DNA of 64,000 nucleotides from an uncultured Acidimicrobiaceae bacterium (GCA_963828825.1 CAWHGF010000008.1:17608-81607), one strand, 5' to 3'; positions 37,432-46,172 are shown, numbered from the stretch's first letter. A program made the numbers and translations. Notes: generated by a model not told the origin, from the letters alone.

Positions 37432-38442
37432 TCAGTCGCCGGCGGCGGCTCCGCAGACGGTCTCGACCATCAGGCCGCTCACCACGTAGGGGTCCATGTT
37501 GGCGTTCGGCCGGCGGTCCTCCAGCCACCCCTTCTTGTTCTTGGCGGTCTGCCACGGGATGCGGATGGACGCACCCCGGTCGGAGGTGCCGTAGGTGAAC
37601 GTATTGAAGTGCGCCGTCTCGTGCGCACCCGTCAGCCGGCTCTCGATTCCGATGCCGTAATTCGTCACATGCTCGTCGACCCGCTTCCCGAGGGCCTCGC
37701 ACCCCGCGATGATGGCGTCCCAGCCGCCCTCCTCCCGCATGGCCTTGGTGGAGAAGTTCGTGTGGGCACCGGCTCCGTTCCAGTCGCCGAGCACCGGCTT
37801 GGGCTCCAGGGTGGCGAACACGTCGAAGTCCTCGGCGATACGGAAGAGCAGCCAGCGCGCCGTCCAGAGCTGGTCACCGATAAGCGGCGGCGGGAGGACG
37901 CCGATCTGGAACTCCCACTGCCCCATCATCACCTCGGCGTTGGTGCCCTCGATACCGAGGCCGGCCTTCAAGCAGGCGGCGGTGTGGCGCTCGACGATCT
38001 CGCGGCCGGGCATCTTGTCGCCACCGACGCCGCAGTAGTACGGGCCTTGAGGGGCCGGGAACCCGGCCTCGGGCCAGCCCAAGGGGCGCCCGTACTGGAA
38101 GAAGGTGTACTCCTGCTCGATCCCGAACCATGGCTCCTGGTCGGCGTACTTCTCGGCCAACTCGGCGGACTTCCGCCGGGTGTTGGTGCTGTGCGGGGTC
38201 ATGTCGGGGTGCAGGACCTCGCACATGACGAGCTTGTCGCCCTCCGCGCGCAGCGGGTCGGTGCACACGAATACCGGCTCCAGGACGCAGTCGGAGTCGC
38301 TCCCCTCGGCCTGGTTCGTGCTCGAGCCGTCGAAGCCCCAGATCGGTGGCTCCTTGCCCTCCTCGACGATCTTGGTCTTGCTGCGGAGAAGCGGTGTGGG
38401 CTCCGTCCCGTCGATCCAGATGTATTCGGCCTGGTAGCTCAT
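37432..38442 (-). CDS. glnII: glutamine synthetase type II (eukaryote-like GSII)
   Basis: Frame of ORF 37432..38841. Start is ATG 38442, preceded by AGGAGA. The 336-aa product begins MSYQAEYIWIDGTEP and contains GFDGSSTNQAEGSDSD, WFGIEQEYTFF, YYCGVGGDK, NAEVMMGQWEFQIG and NGAGAHTNFS. Confidence 0.9.
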   Translation of the reverse strand: MSYQAEYIWIDGTEPTPLLRSKTKIVEEGKEPPIWGFDGSSTNQAEGSDSDCVLEPVFVCTDPLRAEGDKLVMCEVLHPDMTPHSTNTRRKSAELAEKYADQEPWFGIEQEYTFFQYGRPLGWPEAGFPAPQGPYYCGVGGDKMPGREIVERHTAACLKAGLGIEGTNAEVMMGQWEFQIGVLPPPLIGDQLWTARWLLFRIAEDFDVFATLEPKPVLGDWNGAGAHTNFSTKAMREEGGWDAIIAGCEALGKRVDEHVTNYGIGIESRLTGAHETAHFNTFTYGTSDRGASIRIPWQTAKNKKGWLEDRRPNANMDPYVVSGLMVETVCGAAAGD

Positions 38443-38560
38443 GGATTCTCCTGTGTTCCCCTTCTTCTGCGTGGTCAAGGTGCCCGGGGCGGGGAATCCC
38501 CGAGCCTCTTGCGGACACGACATCCCGCACCTGATTGCGATGTCAGTCTCGCCGGACCCT

Positions 38561-38598
38561 ATTTCACAGCCGTATCCGTTATGTGAACCAACGATGAA
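38561..38598 (-). promoter_or_regulatory. four pentamers at 11-nt phasing upstream of glnII (sense strand TTCAT-n6-TTCAC-n6-GATAC-n6-GAAAT); candidate GlnR-type box
   Basis: Read directly, about 120-155 nt upstream of the glnII ATG. A TTCAC-n6-TTCAT pair also lies about 108-123 nt upstream of glnA (62442-62457). The match to the published gTnAc-n6-GaAAc consensus is only partial. Confidence 0.25.
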
Positions 38599-38754
38599 AT
38601 CCTGTCGGGCGTACGCCTCGTTGGTCGGCTCTCCCGGGCGGTCGCCGCCCTGATCCGCGCTCCTGCCCCGTCGCCGTCGCCGGCTCGCACGGGCACCCGG
38701 GCGACTGCTCGAAACCGGGGACCTGACCGCACCCGCGAAACCGGGATCGCGACG

Positions 38755-38782
38755 GAGGGCCGGATCTTTCGATCCGGCCCTC
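38755..38782 (-). terminator. perfect 12-bp stem / 4-nt loop hairpin downstream of flp-1 (gagggccggatc tttc gatccggccctc)
   Basis: Read directly, 74 nt after the flp-1 stop. There is no U-tract, which fits the I-shaped terminators common in high-GC Actinobacteria. Confidence 0.55.
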
Positions 38783-38855
38783 GCCCGTTGCCTCCCGGCA
38801 ACATGGCCACCTTCAGAGGCGACCCGTTGTACGGCGGTCAAGACCGCCCGGCGCC

Positions 38856-39080
38856 TCAGCAGTTGGCGGCGTTGCCCACGCAGTTGTTGGCGCTGCTGAA
38901 GAGGCCGGAGATGCTCCCGCCCAGTGCGGCGATCGCCACGACCGCCACGACAGCGATCAAGCCGACGAGAAGCGCGTACTCCACCATGGAGGCGCCCCGC
39001 TCGGTGCGAGCCCGCTCAAGCAACGTTCCGTGCGCTGCCCTGACTGCGACAAACGCGTTCATGAAGTATCCGATCATCAA
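38856..39080 (-). CDS. flp: Flp-family type IVb (Tad) prepilin, copy 1
   Basis: ORF track, 74 aa. It has the Flp processing/assembly motif ...TERG|ASMVEYALLVGLIAVVAVVAIAALGG..., ends in NNCVGNAANC, and has GAGGGGA upstream of the start. Confidence 0.85.
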   Translation of the reverse strand: MMIGYFMNAFVAVRAAHGTLLERARTERGASMVEYALLVGLIAVVAVVAIAALGGSISGLFSSANNCVGNAANC

Positions 39081-39163
39081 ACTGCTCCCCTCTATGCCCC
39101 AAAAAGGACACCGATAGTTTTCCGGTACCCCTTTATAGAATCGGGTACAACACGAGCGGTGTA

Positions 39164-39184
39164 AATAGGACTTTTTGACCTATT
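39164..39184 (-). promoter_or_regulatory. degenerate copy of the Tad-locus motif (AATAGGA-cttttt-GACCTATT), 84 nt upstream of flp-1
   Basis: Compared by eye with the three strong copies. The block order, 6-nt spacer and orientation relative to the gene are the same. It differs at both ends of the first block and has a 1-nt insertion in the second block. Confidence 0.3.
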
Positions 39185-39274
39185 GGTTGAGGTCACATCG
39201 TCCCTCCACCTTCGCTTCGGCTTCGGGCTTACGACTCTGAAGTCTCGGCGATCGCCCCCCAAAGAACCGACGAA

Positions 39275-39304
39275 GGGCTGGGTCCGCCGAAGCAGACCCA
39301 GCCC
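39275..39304 (-). terminator. 10-bp stem hairpin downstream of flp-2 (gggctgggtc cgccgaagca gacccagccc)
   Basis: Read directly, 76 nt after the flp-2 stop. It implies that each pilin copy is its own transcription unit. Confidence 0.5.
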
Positions 39305-39379
39305 CACCGTCATCCCATGGGGAAGGGGGAATATTCCCTTAGGGAATTCATTACATGAGTCGTGGCAGTTGCAGCCCCG

Positions 39380-39610
39380 CTAGCAGTTGGCGGCGTTGCC
39401 CACGCAGTTGTTGGCACTGTTGAACAGGCCCTTGATGCCCCCACCCAGCGCAGCGATCGCCACAACAGCGACGACCGCGATGAGCCCGACGAGCAGTGCG
39501 TACTCCACCATGGAGGCGCCCCGCTCGGTCCGTGCACGCTCAAGCAGGTCGCCGTGGAAGCCACGCACCGCGAAGAACGCATTCAAAAACAGCTCAGTCA
39601 TTTCGGTCAT
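39380..39610 (-). CDS. flp: Flp-family type IVb (Tad) prepilin, copy 2
   Basis: Frame of ORF 39380..39703. Start is ATG 39610, preceded by GAGGAAAGGGGA: MTEMTELFLNAFFAVRGFHGDLLERARTERG|ASMVEYALLVGLIAVVAVVAIAALGGGIKGLFNSANNCVGNAANC. Confidence 0.85.
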   Translation of the reverse strand: MTEMTELFLNAFFAVRGFHGDLLERARTERGASMVEYALLVGLIAVVAVVAIAALGGGIKGLFNSANNCVGNAANC

Positions 39611-39700
39611 TCCCCTTTCCTCGCCCCAACCACCCCGGACGATTGCCCAGGCCGTATTGGAGTTCCCAGCACATTCATGACTCCATTTAGCTCTAAACTC

Positions 39701-39720
39701 CATAGGCTTATTGGACCATT
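39701..39720 (-). promoter_or_regulatory. Tad-locus motif CATAGGC-ttattg-GACCATT, 91 nt upstream of flp-2
   Basis: Read directly. Both blocks are identical to the copy at 46122-46141. Confidence 0.45.
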
Positions 39721-39754
39721 TGGGCTGGGTATTTTCCCAATTGTCAGTTGCTAT

Positions 39755-40069
39755 TCAATGGTGACGAGGCCCATGACGACGGCGCGCACCGAGCGCGTGA
39801 GTGCGGTTCGTCACATCCAACTTCTGAAAGATTGCGGCCAAATGGTTCTTGGTGGTCTTGGGGCTGATGTAGAGCCTCTGGGAGATCTCGCCGTTCGTGG
39901 CACCCTCAGCGAGTAGCTGGAGCACCTCGAGCTCCCGTTGGGTCAGGGACCAGGGGCCCCACTGCCGGTCATCCTCCCGCCGCTCCGCCGGGACCTCCGG
40001 GTCACCGAAGTCGTCATTGATGACGACCTCGAGGTCATCTCTGGTGAGTGTCGCCCGGGCGCCGCTCAT
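39755..40069 (-). CDS. stand-alone LuxR/GerE-type HTH transcriptional regulator (no receiver domain)
   Basis: Frame of ORF 39755..40264. Start is ATG 40069, preceded by AGGTGA. The HTH reads LTQRELEVLQLLAEGATNGEISQRLYISPKTTKNHLAAIFQKLDVTNRTHA. The last ~10 codons look off-frame (see rejected notes). Confidence 0.75.
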   Translation of the reverse strand: MSGARATLTRDDLEVVINDDFGDPEVPAERREDDRQWGPWSLTQRELEVLQLLAEGATNGEISQRLYISPKTTKNHLAAIFQKLDVTNRTHALGARRRHGPRHH

Positions 40070-40411
40070 GCGTTCACCTCGATGCACGGTCGTGCAGACC
40101 GACGGGCCGGAAACAGACACTTGCGTGTAGAACGCCCATTCAGGCCCACTCCCGAGCTCCAGCGCGGGTGACGGCTGCGCACTCGGCCACAGGATCGAGG
40201 CTGTGTTTGCCATTCCTCCCCCTCTTCCGCCCGGGCTTTGCGTCCGGTGCGGCTCCACCTCCACCGCAGTGCGGCGGAAACTCCCAGGTCATTGTACAAT
40301 TTCGGCGTCAAACGACAGTCGCATCAGTGTTGCGACGCGGGTGCGACCTGGGCAGATAGGACAATTTTCCGCGGAGGGGCGGCGCGAATTTCTCGCGGGG
40401 GCGGCGCGAAT

Positions 40412-41359
40412 TCAGCCCGAGTGGAAGGCGTGCTTGATCGGGCCGACAATGGGGCCCAGCACGACGATCATGATCGCCGGCAGGAAGCAGAGGGCGAGCG
40501 GGAAGAGGATCTTGACGGGCACCTTCGCAGCCTTCTCACGAGCCCGCTGACGTCGCTTGTCCCGCATCTCGTCCGCCTGCGCCTGCAGCACACGACCAAT
40601 CGGCAGACCAAGAGCGTCGGCCTGTGAGAGGACCACCGCAAATGTGACCAGGTCGTCTATATCGGTGCGCAGCTTCATGTTCTCCAGGGCATCGTGGCGC
40701 GAGAGCCCCAGCTCCATCTCTCGCAGTGTCAAACGCAGTTCGTGGCAGACGGGCGACTCGAAGCGGGCACAGGACACCTGCATCGCCTGCTCCAGGCCAA
40801 GACCGGCTGCAACGGAGATGCACATGAGGTCGAGCAGGTCGGGCAGATCGTTCGTGACACGCTCGCGCCGGACTTTGATGCGGTGACGCAGCCAATAACT
40901 GGGGGCCAGACCGCCGATCATGGGCAGGATGAATAGGCACGCGAGGCCCATCTTCACGCTGACGGCACCGCTCACCAGGGCAACCAGACCCAGGCCGATT
41001 CCGAGCATGACCGAGCCCACCTGTACGGCCACGAACTCCTCGGCACGCACTGTGCCGGTGAGACCGGCTTTGAGAAGATCGGCATGCACCCGGTCGACCT
41101 CGCTCGAAGGGTAGAGCCGGGAGAGGACGTTCTTGAAGCCTCGGGCGGCCGGTCCGAATATGCGGGTGATCAGGGGTGTCTGCACCCGCTCGACGACCGG
41201 AGTCGCCTCGGCGTAGAGCTCGGCCTCCGCGCCCAGCGAGCGGATGAAGTCGAGCCGTCTCGCGGTCTTGTGCGAGCGCCAGGCCGCAGCGCCCACGCCG
41301 ACCAGGCCCATCGTCATCAACGTGATGCCCGCCAACGGAACGATGTAGGTCGCGTTCAC
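40412..41359 (-). CDS. tadC: Tad pilus inner-membrane platform protein TadC (T2SS-F family)
   Basis: ORF track, 315 aa. It has the T2SSF-type block DLPDLLDLMCISVAAGLGLEQAMQ and a C-terminal helix pair. Confidence 0.85.
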   Translation of the reverse strand: MNATYIVPLAGITLMTMGLVGVGAAAWRSHKTARRLDFIRSLGAEAELYAEATPVVERVQTPLITRIFGPAARGFKNVLSRLYPSSEVDRVHADLLKAGLTGTVRAEEFVAVQVGSVMLGIGLGLVALVSGAVSVKMGLACLFILPMIGGLAPSYWLRHRIKVRRERVTNDLPDLLDLMCISVAAGLGLEQAMQVSCARFESPVCHELRLTLREMELGLSRHDALENMKLRTDIDDLVTFAVVLSQADALGLPIGRVLQAQADEMRDKRRQRAREKAAKVPVKILFPLALCFLPAIMIVVLGPIVGPIKHAFHSG

Positions 41360-41378
41360 GCGGTTGCCCCCTTTTGGC

Positions 41379-42371
41379 TCAGATCTTGATGTTGACCATG
41401 CGACGCACGATCCAGAAGCCCAACGCCATCAGCCCGGCTGTCCCGATGAGAACGACGAGGCCGGCACCGTGCAGCATGGGCTCGAGATACCCGGGGTCCT
41501 TCAGCTCGAGTGCGCACACCAGGAAGATGGGAATGGCGAACAGGACGTAGCCCGACATGCGCCCTTCGGCTGAGAGTGTCTGCACCTCGCGGCGCACCTC
41601 CTGGCGGGTCCGCATGAAGTCGGCCAGCGTGTGGAGGATCGGAGCCAGGCGCCCACCGGTGGACTGCTGGATCCGCACCGCCTCGACGGCCCACGTGAGG
41701 TCCTCGACGCCCGAACGCTCGGCCATGTTCTCAAGCGCCACCACGAGGTCCGAGCCGACCGCCACCTCGGCCATGACCCGGTCAAGCTCGTCCGACAGGG
41801 GCGGCTTGGCGTCCCGCCGGTACATGTCAATGGAACGCTGGAAGGTCTGACCGCCCTCGACCGACGCCGACATCAGCGCCAACGCGTCGGGCAGTTGCTC
41901 CTGAATCTGCTTGATCCTCTTGGCGGAGCGCCGCGACGGCAGGTACCACGCGACACCGGCGACGAGTGCGATCGCGATGACCGAGCCGATGGGTGACCCC
42001 ATCGTGACGCCGATCACGACCGCCAATCCGAACGCGATGGCTGAGCTGATCACCAGGTACTCCCCGGCCCGCAGCGGGATTGCGGCCCGCTCGAGTCGCC
42101 GTTCCAGGGCGCCGTGGGTGTCGACTCGTCCGAATATCCCGGAGATCCTCACCGTCAACGCAGAGAGTTCGCCGTGCTCGGGAGACTCCGTCACGACCTC
42201 GACGGGCACCTCAGCGGTCCCCATCGTGTCGTCAAGGATCTGGGCCAGCGTGCGCTGCTTGTTGCGTACCCGCATGATCAATGAGACGACCACGAGCGCG
42301 AGTCCGCCGCCGATCAGGACTGCGGCCACGAACGCTGCGCCCTGCGTACCCATCTGGGTTGCGGGCAACAT
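41379..42371 (-). CDS. tadB: Tad pilus inner-membrane platform protein TadB (T2SS-F family)
   Basis: Frame of ORF 41379..42917. Start is ATG 42371, 6 nt after the tadA stop (MLPATQMGTQGAAFVAAVLIGGG...). It has QLPDALALMSASVEGGQTFQRSI. Confidence 0.85.
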   Translation of the reverse strand: MLPATQMGTQGAAFVAAVLIGGGLALVVVSLIMRVRNKQRTLAQILDDTMGTAEVPVEVVTESPEHGELSALTVRISGIFGRVDTHGALERRLERAAIPLRAGEYLVISSAIAFGLAVVIGVTMGSPIGSVIAIALVAGVAWYLPSRRSAKRIKQIQEQLPDALALMSASVEGGQTFQRSIDMYRRDAKPPLSDELDRVMAEVAVGSDLVVALENMAERSGVEDLTWAVEAVRIQQSTGGRLAPILHTLADFMRTRQEVRREVQTLSAEGRMSGYVLFAIPIFLVCALELKDPGYLEPMLHGAGLVVLIGTAGLMALGFWIVRRMVNIKI

Positions 42372-42376
42372 CGCGC

Positions 42377-43960
42377 CTACTTTCCGTCGCGCCGGCGCGC
42401 GAGCATCTCGTACATCTCCTCCGAGGGCGGTTCGACCACCCGGCCTGGCCGCGCCGGGCGGTGATGGCGACCGGAGGGCCGACCCCCAGACCCGGATGCC
42501 GAGTCGTTGTCGTTGCGGAAGAGGTGCGCTGGCACCTCGACTCCGTTGAGCGCCAACTCGTCGAGGATCTTGGGCCGCAGGCCGGTGGACACCAGGCGAC
42601 CAAAGCCCTCGTGCATGTCGACCCGGTGGAAGATGTCCTGCAGGAGGACGGTCTCTCCTTCCATCCCCTGGATCTCGGTGATGGAATGCACGACGCGGGG
42701 TCCGGCCGGGGTGCGTTGCAGCTGCACCAGGCAGCCAATCGCCATCACGATCTGCTCTCGAATGGCTCGCTGCGGCAGCTCGACGCCCCCCATCATGACC
42801 ATGGTCTCCAGACGACCCAGCAGCTCGCGCGGCGTGTTGGCGTGCACCGTCGTCATGGACCCGGCGTGGCCGGTGTTCATGGCCTGGAGCATGTCGAGCG
42901 TCTCCGCGCCACGACACTCTCCGACGATGATGCGGTCGGGTCGCATACGCAGTGAGTTGCGCACGAGGTCACGGATCCGTACTTCTCCCGACCCCTCGGC
43001 ATTGGCCGGGCGAGTTTCAAGGGTCACCACGTGCTCACCCTGGATCTGGAGCTCCGCCGACTCCTCGATCGTGATCAGGCGCTCACCGTCGGGGATGAAG
43101 TTGGACAGCACGTTCAGCATCGTGGTCTTGCCGGTGCCGGTACCGCCGACCACGATGAGGCTGATCTTGCCCCGCACCAGCGCCTCCAGGAAAACGGCAG
43201 AATCCATGGAGAGCGAACCGAGTCCGATGAGGTCCTGCATGACCAGAGCCCGTTCCGGGAATTTTCGGATCGTGAGCACCGGTCCGTGCAACGCGAGCGG
43301 CGGCACGATGGCGTTGATTCGAGAGCCATCGGCCAGACGGGCGTCCACCATCGGCGAGGATTCGTCGACGCGGCGCCCGACCCCATGCACCATCCGGTCG
43401 ATGATGCGCCGGTACTGGTGCGGCGAATTGAAGACGATTTCGCTGCGGTGGAGCTTGCCCTGGCGCTCAATCCAGATCTCGTCGAACTTGTTACACATGA
43501 TCTCGGTGATACTGCCGTCGGCGAGCAGCGCCTCAAGGGGTCCGTAGCCGAGGGAGTCCTCGAGCATCTCTTCCACGAAGCGCTGGCGTTCGATGGGCGA
43601 GATCCCGATGTCCTCGCGTTCGAGGATGTCGTTGACCGTGGACCGGACCTTGTCGCGCAGCTCGTCCGGCGAAAGGTCGGCCGCCTTCGGGGCAATCTCG
43701 GCCAACACCTTGGCCTGGACCTTCTGCTTGGACTGCTTCCACGCGGTGTCCAGGGCAGTTCGGTCCGAAGCCCGCCGCAGGGGGTGGCCCTTGGCCCCGG
43801 ATGCCGCGGTACTACCGGCCACCCGCCGCTCGACGCCCTCGGGCATCCCCACGTCTCCCTCACGGCGAGTCCGTGGCGGAGTGGTTTCCTCCGGTGGCGG
43901 AGGCTGTGGCGACGCCGGAGGGGCACCGTCGGCTGCGGCCAGTTTCTCGGACAGGTTCAT
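42377..43960 (-). CDS. tadA: CpaF/TadA-family pilus assembly ATPase
   Basis: ORF track, 527 aa. It has Walker A VGGTGTGKTT, RIIVGECRGAE and MNTGHAGSMTTVHAN. The N-terminal ~70 aa are Pro-rich. Confidence 0.9.
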   Translation of the reverse strand: MNLSEKLAAADGAPPASPQPPPPEETTPPRTRREGDVGMPEGVERRVAGSTAASGAKGHPLRRASDRTALDTAWKQSKQKVQAKVLAEIAPKAADLSPDELRDKVRSTVNDILEREDIGISPIERQRFVEEMLEDSLGYGPLEALLADGSITEIMCNKFDEIWIERQGKLHRSEIVFNSPHQYRRIIDRMVHGVGRRVDESSPMVDARLADGSRINAIVPPLALHGPVLTIRKFPERALVMQDLIGLGSLSMDSAVFLEALVRGKISLIVVGGTGTGKTTMLNVLSNFIPDGERLITIEESAELQIQGEHVVTLETRPANAEGSGEVRIRDLVRNSLRMRPDRIIVGECRGAETLDMLQAMNTGHAGSMTTVHANTPRELLGRLETMVMMGGVELPQRAIREQIVMAIGCLVQLQRTPAGPRVVHSITEIQGMEGETVLLQDIFHRVDMHEGFGRLVSTGLRPKILDELALNGVEVPAHLFRNDNDSASGSGGRPSGRHHRPARPGRVVEPPSEEMYEMLARRRDGK

Positions 43961-43965
43961 CTCGA

Positions 43966-45252
43966 TCAGGCCCTCTCGAGCTCGGGCACCTTGTTGGTGC
44001 GACCCTTCCTCCTCAACCGCCAGAACCCGCGCGTCTCCCCGATCTCTGGCGTGTTCGAACCCGAACCGAGGATCGGTGTCATCTCATCGGAGAGGAACTG
44101 CTGCATACCCCCCGCCAGCTTCTTCCCGATTTCGGAGTTGGCTGCCGAGACGAGCGCTGGTCTTCCCTTGTTGATCGACTTCATGACGTCTCTTGAGTAC
44201 GGCAGGACAGAGACGATCTTGTTGTCCAGGACTTCCTGGACGTCACTGATATCGATACCGATGTCATCCTCGACCTTGTTGAGCACGACTCCGATCGTCT
44301 GGCTCTCGATGCGCAGTTTCTCCAGCGTGGTCAGGAACACCCGCATGTTCCGGATGCTCGGCAGGTCCAGCGTCACCATGCACAGGACCCTTGTGGAGTG
44401 GTCGAACGCCGCCAGAACGATCTCGGACAACTGAGCCGGCGTGTCGACCACGATGTAGTCGAAATGCCGGCGCAGTGAAGCCATTACTTTGTAGACGTCC
44501 TTCGGGGCGATCATGTCGGCGTCGGCCGGGCTGAAGGGCGCGGCCAACACCGAAAACCCGAGCTCGTGCTCCTCCAGGAACTCCTCGACATGCTCATCGA
44601 GATCGTCTTCATCGACCGGCTCCCGGGACAGCAAGTCCGAAATCGTGAACCGGGGCCGGAGGTGCAGCGCGGTGGATACTTCGCCGAACTGCAGGTCGAG
44701 ATCGACCAGACACACACGCTGGCCGGTCTGTGCCGCCAGATAGCACGCCAGGTTGGTGGCATAGAACGTCTTGCCACAGCCGCCGCTGGACGATGCCACG
44801 GTGAAGACCTCGGCGAACTGGGGTCGGTCGACGACGACGCCGTGAGCCACCACCGGAAGCGTGGGGTCGTTATTCGACGCGAGGTCGGCAATGTCGAAGG
44901 CACGCTTGAGGGCCGTGGCCAACTGCCGCTTGCTGGTCGGGAACTCCACCAGATCGACGGCGCCAGTCCGGACGATGTCGCTGAGATTGGCCTTCGGCTT
45001 TGGTCCGAGGGCCAGCACGATGGCGGGAACGGCTCCGGCTGCCCGCAGAGCGGCCAGGCGGGCCATGCCGGCGTGGCTGTCGAAGACGGGCCCGGCAACC
45101 AGCACGTCGATGGGGCCCTGCTGATGTACCTCGTCGACCACATCAATGACGTTGGCGCTGGTGACGACCTGATAGCCAGGTCCGAGCGAGGCCTGGATGG
45201 CCCGGCTGAGGGCCGGCGAACGGCTGATGACGAGGATCCGGCGTGTGATCAT
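43966..45252 (-). CDS. tadZ: TadZ/CpaE-like ParA/MinD-family ATPase with N-terminal receiver-like domain
   Basis: Frame of ORF 43966..45285. ATG 45252 overlaps the cpaB stop (ATGA). The N-terminus RILVISRSP...IDVLVAGP looks like a receiver domain. It has the deviant Walker A ASSSGGCGKTFYATNLA. Confidence 0.8.
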   Translation of the reverse strand: MITRRILVISRSPALSRAIQASLGPGYQVVTSANVIDVVDEVHQQGPIDVLVAGPVFDSHAGMARLAALRAAGAVPAIVLALGPKPKANLSDIVRTGAVDLVEFPTSKRQLATALKRAFDIADLASNNDPTLPVVAHGVVVDRPQFAEVFTVASSSGGCGKTFYATNLACYLAAQTGQRVCLVDLDLQFGEVSTALHLRPRFTISDLLSREPVDEDDLDEHVEEFLEEHELGFSVLAAPFSPADADMIAPKDVYKVMASLRRHFDYIVVDTPAQLSEIVLAAFDHSTRVLCMVTLDLPSIRNMRVFLTTLEKLRIESQTIGVVLNKVEDDIGIDISDVQEVLDNKIVSVLPYSRDVMKSINKGRPALVSAANSEIGKKLAGGMQQFLSDEMTPILGSGSNTPEIGETRGFWRLRRKGRTNKVPELERA

Positions 45253-46019
45253 GGCGCTGACGTCGTCTGGTCCGTGCCGATGCACTGTCCGACCGGTGGG
45301 GGCGACGCGTCCTTCTGGGTTTGGACCACGGAGATCGCCTCGTTCTGCGAGAGGAACTCGAGCGACCTTGCATTGCTCGGGCTCACGGCCAGGAGCAGCG
45401 TCTCGCTGGCCGGGATGGTGCGGCCGGCCGATGTCGGGTGGCTCGAGTACGAGGGCACCGTGCTCTCGACGTCAAGGACCTGGATATCGGCCATCGCCAG
45501 CTCAGTGCACGGTACCGGCAGGGTGGAGGCCGAAGCCGAAGCATTGGGAGCGGTCGAGAGACTCTTGATGTTGGCGTAGACGTCGACCCGGCTGCCCGGT
45601 TGGAGGTAGCCGGCCAGAGCATCTGTCCCGGTGAGAGTGACGGTCACCGCGTTCATCCCTGTCGGCAGTGAAATGGATGACGTGCTCGCAGTGAGCTGCG
45701 TCGAGCTGATTGCGTGCCCCTTTGTGATCGACTGGCTCAGGACCTCGTCGGTCAGGCCGGAGAGCGACCCCAGATCGGTCGGCGAGTACGACCTGGTCGG
45801 GATCAGCTCAATGGCGACCAGGCCACTGGACACCATCTGCTGACCGGTGGTGCCGGCCGGGATGTTGCTCTTGGCCACGACCGCCGACGTGCTCACCGGT
45901 GCCTGCACGTTGCCAGACCCCCGCTTGCTCGCGCCCTCGACACTGGCATACGCGATCGCGCTCCCGGCGATGAACAGGATCACCCCGATCATGACCAATA
46001 TCAGTGTCTGCTTCTTCAC
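45249..46019 (-). CDS. cpaB: Flp pilus assembly protein CpaB/RcpC (SAF-domain)
   Basis: ORF track, 256 aa. It has an N-terminal anchor MKKQTLILVMIGVILFIAGSAIAY, the SAF-like VVAKSNIPAGTTGQQM and ...PGSRVDVYANI... Confidence 0.85.
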   Translation of the reverse strand: MKKQTLILVMIGVILFIAGSAIAYASVEGASKRGSGNVQAPVSTSAVVAKSNIPAGTTGQQMVSSGLVAIELIPTRSYSPTDLGSLSGLTDEVLSQSITKGHAISSTQLTASTSSISLPTGMNAVTVTLTGTDALAGYLQPGSRVDVYANIKSLSTAPNASASASTLPVPCTELAMADIQVLDVESTVPSYSSHPTSAGRTIPASETLLLAVSPSNARSLEFLSQNEAISVVQTQKDASPPPVGQCIGTDQTTSAP

Positions 46020-46121
46020 TGAACCTTCCCCCTCTCAACCGTCGGACAACACAGAGGGCCCTGACGGGCTGAACCAGCCGTGTGCTCCGTAGGAGGGTAC
46101 GACGGGAAGGGGGTGAGGTAC

Positions 46122-46141
46122 ATAGGCCCTTTAGACCATTC
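46122..46141 (-). promoter_or_regulatory. Tad-locus motif CATAGGC-ccttta-GACCATT, 103 nt upstream of cpaB
   Basis: Read directly. It is the left arm of an inverted pair (46118-46196) in the divergent cpaB/tadE intergenic region. Confidence 0.45.
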
Positions 46142-46172
46142 TCCAATGCAGCGTCCCAGGTGAGACCGCCAA

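Noticed and set aside
39755-39795. Possible frameshift in the last codons of the LuxR-type regulator. The listed frame ends ...THALGARRRHGPRHH*. Dropping one C in gcgcgccgtcgtc gives ...GARVVMGLVTIE*, which looks more like the family.
   Set aside because: Only about 10 residues are affected and both frames terminate within 6 nt of each other. I cannot decide from sequence alone, so it is folded into the window-wide indel observation.
40376-40412. 15-bp direct repeat ggggcggcgcgaatt x2 (40376-40390 and 40398-40412) overlapping the tadC stop codon.
   Set aside because: It is short. It contains only a weak cgcga/tcgcg hairpin and may simply be part of a tadC terminator. There is no independent support for any function.
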